64,000 nt of DNA, from assembly GCA_024710925.1 (NCBI GenBank), contig JANJTW010000057.1, forward strand, positions 4,888-68,887. The letters run 5' to 3'. This document shows, piece by piece, positions 10,187 through 16,388 of the stretch (its first letter is position 1; every line of letters starts with the position of its first letter). The DNA is from Rhodocyclaceae bacterium (lineage in GTDB: Bacteria; Pseudomonadota; Gammaproteobacteria; Burkholderiales; Rhodocyclaceae). The position numbers and the translations under genes were made by a program. The notes beneath the pieces are model-generated. The model did no database searches. It saw only the letters and a program-made list of their open reading frames with translations, and had not been told where the DNA came from.

Positions 10187-11226
10187 GGCTGCAGCACCTT
10201 GTCCCGGCGGTCGCCGGAGACGATGCGTTGCCACAGGCGGCTGCGCTTCTCGGCATTCTCGACCGGCATCAGCCAGTGCAGTTTCCGTTCCCGGGCGCCC
10301 GGGACGGCGGCGCGGCGCGTGCTCGACAGGCCCTGCCGCTCTTCGAGCAGGCGGCTGGCCGTCTCGCCGAGCAGGTGCTCGATGAAGGCGTGCGCCAGCG
10401 CCGGGTCGCGTGCGCCGCGCGTCACCGCCCAGCAGTCGAGCCAGGCCAGCGCCCCCTCGCGCGGCACGACGTAGCCGACCTTGATGCCGCGGTCGGCGAG
10501 CGCCTTGACCTGCTGCGAACCGTAGTTGGCGAACATCAGCACCGCCTTGTGGCGGATGAACAGGTCGGCCGCCTCGTCGGGCTGCGTGTAGAAGGCGAGC
10601 GCGTTGCGGCGTAGCGCGACGAGCAGGTCGACGGCCGCCGGCCAGTCCCCGTCGCCGAGCCGGAAGGGAGTGGCGAGGCCGAGGCGCAGCGCTGCCAGCG
10701 AGAAGTTGTGCGCGGAGCCGTTGAAGGCGAGGACGCGCTGCCGGTAGCGCGGGTCCCAGAGCACGGCGAGCGAATCCGGCGGCAGCGGGAAGACGCGCGG
10801 GTCGTAGATGATGCCCATCTCGGCGTAGGTGAAGGGGATGCCGTAGAGCTTGCCGTCGCGGACGATGCCGGGCAGCGCCGCCGTCTCGCGGAAGCGTGGT
10901 GCCTGCGTGGCGCGCGCCGGCAGCAGCGCCGGGTCGATCGGACGCAGCCAGCCGGCGGTGGCATAGCGGGCGATTTCGGCGGTATTGGCGGCAACCAGGT
11001 CGAAGTCGCCGCCGGCGCGCGGCCGCATCTTTTCGAGCAGCGCATCGTCGTTGTCGACGACGGTGACTTCGACGTCGACGCCGTGGGCCGCGCGGAACTC
11101 GGCGACGACCTCGGGTTCGACGTAACCGGGCCAGGCCAGCACGCGCAGGACTTCGCCGGCGCCGGCGGCCGGCCAGGCAACGGCGAGCGCGAGAGCGATC
11201 AGGCTGCGGAGGACGGTTCGTCGCAT
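10183..11226 (-). CDS. Periplasmic solute-binding protein, PotD/PotF-like (family 1), orphan
   Basis: Signal peptide [36 protein letters not shown]... and [14 protein letters not shown] are typical of polyamine-type binding proteins. No permease or ATPase genes are nearby. Confidence 0.75.
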   Translation of the reverse strand: MRRTVLRSLIALALAVAWPAAGAGEVLRVLAWPGYVEPEVVAEFRAAHGVDVEVTVVDNDDALLEKMRPRAGGDFDLVAANTAEIARYATAGWLRPIDPALLPARATQAPRFRETAALPGIVRDGKLYGIPFTYAEMGIIYDPRVFPLPPDSLAVLWDPRYRQRVLAFNGSAHNFSLAALRLGLATPFRLGDGDWPAAVDLLVALRRNALAFYTQPDEAADLFIRHKAVLMFANYGSQQVKALADRGIKVGYVVPREGALAWLDCWAVTRGARDPALAHAFIEHLLGETASRLLEERQGLSSTRRAAVPGARERKLHWLMPVENAEKRSRLWQRIVSGDRRDKVLQP

Positions 11227-11336
11227 GTTGGGGGGGCGCAGCTTCCTGCAGGTATACTCCGGGCTTGCCTCGGCGGGCCGCACAGCGCCGCACCGGAGCG
11301 CTTCTTTTCTCCCCATTCTGCCACGAACTTCGCCCG

Positions 11337-12392
11337 ATGAACTTCTCGATTTCCCGCCCCGACCGCGCGCTCGCCGCCGCCTTGCAGCACAAGATCGACC
11401 ACAAGACGAAGCCGCTCGGCGCGCTCGGCGAGCTGGAGCGGCTGGCGCTGCGCGTCGGCCTCGTCCAGCAGACGCTGGCGCCGCGCCTCGACCGGCCGCA
11501 CCTGCTCGTCTTCGCCGGCGACCACGGCGCGGCGAAGGCCGGCGTCTCCGCCTTCCCGCAGGACGTGACCTGGCAGATGGTGGAGAACTTCCTCGCCGGC
11601 GGCGCTGCGATCAACGTCTTCGCCCGCGCCAACGGCCTGGCGCTGAAGGTCGTCGACGCCGGCGTCGCGCGCGACTTCGGGCCGCGCGACGGCCTCGTCG
11701 ACGCCAAGGTGGCGCCGGGCACGCGCAACTACATCGAGGAAGCGGCGATGAGCGCGGCCGAATGCGATGCCGCGCTGGCCCGCGGCGCGGCGATTGCGCG
11801 TGAGCTGGCGGCAGCGGGCTGCCGCGTCGTCGGCTTTGGCGAAATGGGCATCGGCAATACCGCCGCCGCCTCGCTGATTACCCACCATCTGACCGGCACG
11901 CCGCTGGCCGACTGCATCGGCCGCGGCACCGGCCTCGACGATCCGGGCCTCGCCCGGAAGCGCGAACTGCTGGCGCGCGCCGCCGCCCGCGCCGGCTTGC
12001 CGGCGACGGCGGCCGGCGACGGCGCGCACGTGCTGGCGGTGCTCGCCGAGTTCGGCGGCTTCGAGATCGCGATGATGGCTGGCGCCATGCTCGCCGCCGC
12101 CGAGGCGGGCATGGTGCTGCTGGTCGACGGCTTCATCGTCGGCGCCGCCTTCCTCGTCGCCGCCCGCCTGCAGCCGGCGATCGTCGACTACGCGGTGTTC
12201 TGCCACCGTTCGGCCGAACCGGGGCATCAGGCGCAGCTCGCCGCGCTCGGCGGCGAGCCGCTGATCGACCTCGGCCTGCGCCTCGGTGAGGGCACCGGCG
12301 CCGCGCTGGCCTGGCCGATCCTGCGCGCGGCGGTGGCCTTCCTCGACGAGATGGCCAGCTTCGAATCGGCCGGCGTGTCGGAAAAGGCGTGA
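11337..12392 (+). CDS. cobT: Nicotinate-nucleotide--dimethylbenzimidazole phosphoribosyltransferase
   Basis: [26 protein letters not shown] and [12 protein letters not shown] motifs. ATG 11337. Confidence 0.9.
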   Translation: MNFSISRPDRALAAALQHKIDHKTKPLGALGELERLALRVGLVQQTLAPRLDRPHLLVFAGDHGAAKAGVSAFPQDVTWQMVENFLAGGAAINVFARANGLALKVVDAGVARDFGPRDGLVDAKVAPGTRNYIEEAAMSAAECDAALARGAAIARELAAAGCRVVGFGEMGIGNTAAASLITHHLTGTPLADCIGRGTGLDDPGLARKRELLARAAARAGLPATAAGDGAHVLAVLAEFGGFEIAMMAGAMLAAAEAGMVLLVDGFIVGAAFLVAARLQPAIVDYAVFCHRSAEPGHQAQLAALGGEPLIDLGLRLGEGTGAALAWPILRAAVAFLDEMASFESAGVSEKA

Positions 12393-13150
12393 TGAACGCG
12401 CTGCGCCGCGAGCTGGCATATTTCTTCGGCGCCGTCCGCTTCTTCACGCGGCTGCCGGTGCCGGCCTGGGTTGGCCACTCGCCGGAAGCGCTCAACCATT
12501 CGGCGCGCTACTTCCCGCTGGTCGGCCTCGTCGTCGGCCTGATCGGCGCGCTGGTCTTCGCCTTCGCCTCCTTCTTCTTCCCGAAGACGCTGGCCGTGCT
12601 GCTGGCGATGGCGGCGACCGTCCTCGTTACCGGCGCCTTCCACGAGGACGGCTGGGCCGACATGGTCGACGGCTTCGGCGGTGGCTGGACGCGCGAGCGC
12701 ACGCTGGAGATCATGAAGGACTCGCGCATCGGCAGCTACGCTGCGATCGCGCTGACGCTGCTGCTGCTCGGCAAGTTCATGGCGCTGGTCGAACTCGACA
12801 TGCTGCTGGTCGCGCCGGCGCTGGTCGCCGGCCATGCGCTCTCAAGGCTGTGCGCGACCAGCCTGCTCTATTTCCTCGACTACGCGCGCGAGGAGGGCAA
12901 GGCGAAGCCGCTGGCGACGCGCATCACGAACGGCGAGCTGGCGCTGGCCGCGACCTTCGGCCTCGTCGCGCTGCTCCTGCTGCCGCCGGCCGGCGCGCTC
13001 GCCGGCCTTCTCTTCGCCGCCGTTGCGACTGTCTTCATGGCGCGCAAGTTCATCCGCCGCCTCGGCGGCTATACCGGCGACTGCCTCGGCGCGACGCAGC
13101 AACTCGCCGAACTCGCCTTCTACTTCGGCCTGCTGTGCAGGTTTTCCTGA
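12389..13150 (+). CDS. cobS: Adenosylcobinamide-GDP ribazoletransferase (cobalamin synthase)
   Basis: Multi-TM protein with FFTRLPVP and [18 protein letters not shown] motifs. GTG 12389 (or ATG 12392) overlaps the cobT stop. Confidence 0.9.
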   Translation: MMNALRRELAYFFGAVRFFTRLPVPAWVGHSPEALNHSARYFPLVGLVVGLIGALVFAFASFFFPKTLAVLLAMAATVLVTGAFHEDGWADMVDGFGGGWTRERTLEIMKDSRIGSYAAIALTLLLLGKFMALVELDMLLVAPALVAGHALSRLCATSLLYFLDYAREEGKAKPLATRITNGELALAATFGLVALLLLPPAGALAGLLFAAVATVFMARKFIRRLGGYTGDCLGATQQLAELAFYFGLLCRFS

Positions 13151-13662
13151 TCCGCCATCCGCCGCCGCAAGTCGCGCCCGGTATCTGCTACGGCCGCCTC
13201 GACCTGCCGGCGCTCGATGTCGCGGCCGTGGCCGCCGCGCTGCGTGCGCAGCTGCCGGCCGGCCTGCCGGTGATCGCCAGCCCGCTCGCACGCTGTCGCG
13301 CGCTGGCCGAGGCGCTGCACCCGGCGCCGCGCTTCGAGCCGATGCTGATGGAGATGGACTTCGGCGCCTGGGAGGGTAAATCCTGGGACGAGATCGGCAC
13401 CGCCGCGCTCGACGCCTGGGCAAGCGACCTGCTGCACCACGCGCCGCCCGGCGGCGAATCGGCGGCGGCCCTGCAGGCGCGCTGCGTGGCGGCGCTCGAT
13501 GCGCTGGCCGGGGAGGGGCTGGCGGCCTGCGCGGTGGTCACCCACGCCGGCGTGATGCGCGCGACGATCGGCCATGCGCGTCGCCTGCCGGCGGCGGAAT
13601 GGTCGCAGCTGCGCTTCGCCTACGGCGAGTGCGTCGTGCTCGACTGGTCGCCGCGCGGCTAG
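13135..13662 (+). CDS. cobC: Alpha-ribazole phosphatase (histidine phosphatase family)
   Basis: VFLIRHPP (RH catalytic motif) and VVTHAGVMRA. Proposed GTG start at 13135 overlaps the cobS end by 16 nt; the start is uncertain. Confidence 0.7.
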   Translation: MQVFLIRHPPPQVAPGICYGRLDLPALDVAAVAAALRAQLPAGLPVIASPLARCRALAEALHPAPRFEPMLMEMDFGAWEGKSWDEIGTAALDAWASDLLHHAPPGGESAAALQARCVAALDALAGEGLAACAVVTHAGVMRATIGHARRLPAAEWSQLRFAYGECVVLDWSPRG

Positions 13663-14567
13663 ATCGAGGCCGGCAGCTGCGTGCGCCCGCTGGCCGGGTG
13701 GTAGACGCTGCGCGACGGCAGCAGGTGCAGCGTGATGCCGCTGGAACCGAGGAGGGCGCCGTCGGCCGGCGCCACCTGTGCGCGGCGCGCGTCGAAGACC
13801 TTGACGTAACTGCTGCCGAGGACTTCCCACTGGCGGTCGGGGCGGACCAGCACCGCCGTTCCTTCGTCGATGCCGACGCCGAGCAGGCCCGGCCGTTCGA
13901 GCACGGCGCTGAGCAGGCGGTTGTGCCGCGAGCGGCGCAGGAAGTGCTGGTCGACGATGACGCCGGGCAGGAAGCCGAAGCCCTCGTCGATCTCGAACAG
14001 GCCGCGCGCGATCGCCGGCATGGCGTCGTCCGCATCGTCGCCGTGGCGGTTGCCGGTGAGCATCGTGTTCGACATCACCGCCGCGCCGGCCGAGGTGCCG
14101 CCGACGACGGCGCCGGCGTGGTAGCGTTGCTGGATCGCCGCCAGCGCCGGCGTGCCGCGCAGGATCGCGGCCAGCCGTGCCTGATCGCCGCCGCAGAACC
14201 AGAAGCCGCTGACGTCGGCGAAGCGTGCGGCGACCGCCGCGTCGTCGGCTTCGTCCCGGTTCAGGGTGACGATGTACGCGTCGGCGCCGAGCGCCTGCAG
14301 TTCGGCGACGATTTCGCCGGCCTCCTTGTCGCCGGTGGTGCTCGCCATCGGGAAGACGGCGATGCGCGCCCGGCCGGCGCCGCCGGCGAGTTCAACGAAG
14401 CGGGCCTGCACCTCCGGCGGCGTGTCGCCGCCGCCGACGATCAGCAGGTGGCCGCTCGGCGGCGCCGCCTCCGGCGACCAGGCGACGGCCGTCGGCAGCA
14501 GGCAGAGGCCGGCGGCGATGACGAGCGAGGCGAGGGTGCGGCGTGACGAATTCGACGGGGTGGGCAT
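13659..14567 (-). CDS. cphE: Cyanophycinase-like peptidase (S51 family) with a signal peptide
   Basis: LLIVGGGD..., GGTSAGAAVMS (nucleophile serine context) and VIVDQHFLRRSRHNRL motifs. N-terminal hydrophobic leader. ATG 14567. Confidence 0.7.
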   Translation of the reverse strand: MPTPSNSSRRTLASLVIAAGLCLLPTAVAWSPEAAPPSGHLLIVGGGDTPPEVQARFVELAGGAGRARIAVFPMASTTGDKEAGEIVAELQALGADAYIVTLNRDEADDAAVAARFADVSGFWFCGGDQARLAAILRGTPALAAIQQRYHAGAVVGGTSAGAAVMSNTMLTGNRHGDDADDAMPAIARGLFEIDEGFGFLPGVIVDQHFLRRSRHNRLLSAVLERPGLLGVGIDEGTAVLVRPDRQWEVLGSSYVKVFDARRAQVAPADGALLGSSGITLHLLPSRSVYHPASGRTQLPASI

Positions 14568-14938
14568 GGGCTTTTCCGGTTCGGGGCGGCGCAAGCGGGA
14601 GGCCCGGCGGCGGCGCGAGAATAATTTCGCGCCCGGGGAAGCTCAAGTAACGGTTTGTAACGACGGGAGGCCGCGGCGGTGATGCCTGAACTACGCGGAC
14701 AAGGTGCGGCAGGAGGGGAAGCGAACGCGGCTGACGTCGAATTTTGTGCGGACGGGCGGGGTCGTCGATTCGACGAGCATCCGCACCGGCAGCCAGTATG
14801 TGGAATTGGAAAGGTAAGACGGCGCCGGATTCGAACCGGATCATAGGACTGTTGCCAGCCGCTAACCATTCCCATTGGAAACAACCGCCTTACCGCTGAA
14901 AAGTATAGCGCAGGCCTGAAGGAAAGCGAGATGCCGCG

Positions 14939-15472
14939 ATGAGCAGCTTCAAGATCTCCATCGACGACGAGCAGGTTCTCGCCGCCTTACGCAGCCTGCG
15001 CGGGCGCTCGGAAAATCTCGCCCCGCTGATGCAGAAGCTCGGCGAGCAACTCATCGAGAGTACGCAGAACCGCTTCTCGACCGCTACGGCGCCCGATGGC
15101 TCGCCTTTGGCGCCCAACAGCGAGGTGACGATCTCGCGCTACCTCGGCTTGACGCGTGGCAATTTCAAGAAGGACGGAAGCCGTTCGAAGAAGGGAGAGG
15201 CGCGCGCGGCGTCGAAAAAACCGCTCACTGGTGAAACCGGGGAGCTGCGCCGCCAGATTCACTATCGCGTGGTCGGCAACAGCCTGGAAGTCGGCTCGAC
15301 CATGGAATACGCCGCAGTCCAGCAATTCGGGCGGAAGAAGGGCGAATCCGGCAGCGATCGCCGCGGCCGCCCGCTCCCCTGGGGCGACATCCCCGCCCGA
15401 CCGTTCATCGGTCTCTCGGCTGACGACAAGTCCGGAATCGAGCAGTCGATTTCGGACTATCTCCACCTGTAA
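14939..15472 (+). CDS. Phage virion morphogenesis protein (Mu gpG / P2 tail-completion-S-like), orphan
   Basis: MSSFKISIDDEQVLAALRSL...LMQKLGEQLIESTQNRFSTATAPDGSP matches the family pattern. GC is lower than the surroundings, and no other phage genes are adjacent. Confidence 0.65.
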   Translation: MSSFKISIDDEQVLAALRSLRGRSENLAPLMQKLGEQLIESTQNRFSTATAPDGSPLAPNSEVTISRYLGLTRGNFKKDGSRSKKGEARAASKKPLTGETGELRRQIHYRVVGNSLEVGSTMEYAAVQQFGRKKGESGSDRRGRPLPWGDIPARPFIGLSADDKSGIEQSISDYLHL

Positions 15473-15646
15473 ATCGACGGCCGCCGCCAATTTCAAAGGC
15501 TGCAACCAAATTCCAACGCCCGCCTCGTTTCATCCCGCTCCGTTCCGGCTCTTCCCACATTTATCACGCCGCCTCCCTCCCGTTTATCTCGCTGCCCATC
15601 AGATGCCCGTGCCGCATTGCCGGATCTGGCCGGGAGGTGCGCCGGC

Positions 15647-16237
15647 TCAGGCCGGCAGGCCGCCGCCCGCCAGCCCGGTTTCCTCGTAGATCGCCGGAAA
15701 GTCGCTGGCGAATTCCAGGCTCTTCAGCTCGACCGGGTCGCCCGCCGTCAGCGTGACGATTTCCCAGCCGATGTCGCCGTGGCGGCGATGGATCTCGATT
15801 TTCGCCTCATCCTGCGCGACCAGCATGTATTCCTGCAGCGACGGAATGCTGCGGTAGGCGATCAGTTTCTCGCGGCGATCGATGCCTTCGGTCGAGGTCG
15901 ACAGCACCTCGACGACGACCTTCGGCGCCTCGACGACCAGGTCGTCGCTGCCGACCGTCAGGTGGCGCGGGTCGCAGGTGACCATCACGTCCGGGTAGTA
16001 GTAGGCGCCGGCCTTGGCGATGCGCAGCTTGGCGTCGGCGACGAAGGCGCGGCACGGCGAGCCGCGCAGGTGGGCGCGCAGCAGTGCGGCAATGTTGAGC
16101 GTGATGACGTTGTGCCGCAGCGAGGCGCCGGTCATCGCGTAGACGTCGCCGGCGACGTATTCGTGGCGCACCGGGCTGCGCGCTTCCAGCGTCAGGTAGT
16201 CCTCTTCGCTGAGCTTGGTGTATTCGGCGGTTTCCAT
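15647..16237 (-). CDS. Uma2-family (DUF820) putative endonuclease
   Basis: The EYVAGDVYAMTGAS...HNVITLNI...PDV.V...VVEVLSTST...DRREKL..Y pattern is typical of Uma2 PD-(D/E)xK proteins. Confidence 0.75.
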   Translation of the reverse strand: METAEYTKLSEEDYLTLEARSPVRHEYVAGDVYAMTGASLRHNVITLNIAALLRAHLRGSPCRAFVADAKLRIAKAGAYYYPDVMVTCDPRHLTVGSDDLVVEAPKVVVEVLSTSTEGIDRREKLIAYRSIPSLQEYMLVAQDEAKIEIHRRHGDIGWEIVTLTAGDPVELKSLEFASDFPAIYEETGLAGGGLPA

Positions 16238-16270
16238 CGCGGCCTCCTGCGGAATGCTGGCGTCCGATTA

Positions 16271-16388
16271 TGACATGCCGTCAGGGCGTACCCCGGGAGT
16301 GCTTCTTCGCGACGTGCGTGGCATGTCGCTCAGTGCGCACCCCGGGAGTACTTCCTCGCGATGCGCATGGCACATCGCTCAGTGCGCC
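16271..16388. repeat. Tandem 49-nt hairpin repeat, about 2.4 copies (locus A of a dispersed family)
   Basis: Units 16291-16339 and 16340-16388 are near-identical, with a partial unit at 16271-16290. Each unit has an 8-bp stem (GCGACGTG..CATGTCGC or GCGATG..CATCGC). The last unit contains the polA stop codon. Confidence 0.8.

Noticed and set aside
8420-11728. Tracked single 1102-aa ORF spanning the diguanylate cyclase and sequence upstream of it.
   Set aside because: Only the C-terminal 588 aa (from GTG 10186) have a sensible TM/sensor/HAMP/GGDEF organisation. The N-terminal part is low-complexity and overlaps the binding-protein gene and cobT in other frames. The same logic was used to trim ORFs 3901..5988, 25039..26913, 28961..29785, 30124..32157, 30567..32447, 31937..34582, 34579..35946, 34902..36227, 35885..37459, 39375..41432, 41584..42444 and 42601..43443.
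14746-14790. tmRNA-like 5' motif (GGGGTCGTCGATTCGACGAG) on the plus strand.
   Set aside because: There is no matching 3' tRNA-like domain with CCA, no tag reading frame and no pseudoknot-rich body on either side. A phage gene starts 150 nt downstream. A permuted two-piece ssrA layout was also considered and does not fit.
14811-14900. tRNA-like segment on the minus strand (GGTAAGG...CCGGTTCGAATCCGG...TCTTACC).
   Set aside because: The T-arm and a 6-7 bp terminal pairing exist. However, 5 extra nucleotides lie between the T-stem and the acceptor strand, there is no credible D-arm or anticodon arm, and no CCA. It cannot be folded into a cloverleaf by hand, so it is treated as a possible att/tRNA fragment only.
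16271-16388. CRISPR array hypothesis for the tandem repeats here and at 41467-41590.
   Set aside because: The units are directly abutting with no unique spacers. There are only 2-3 copies and no cas genes in the window. They behave like REP-type hairpin repeats.
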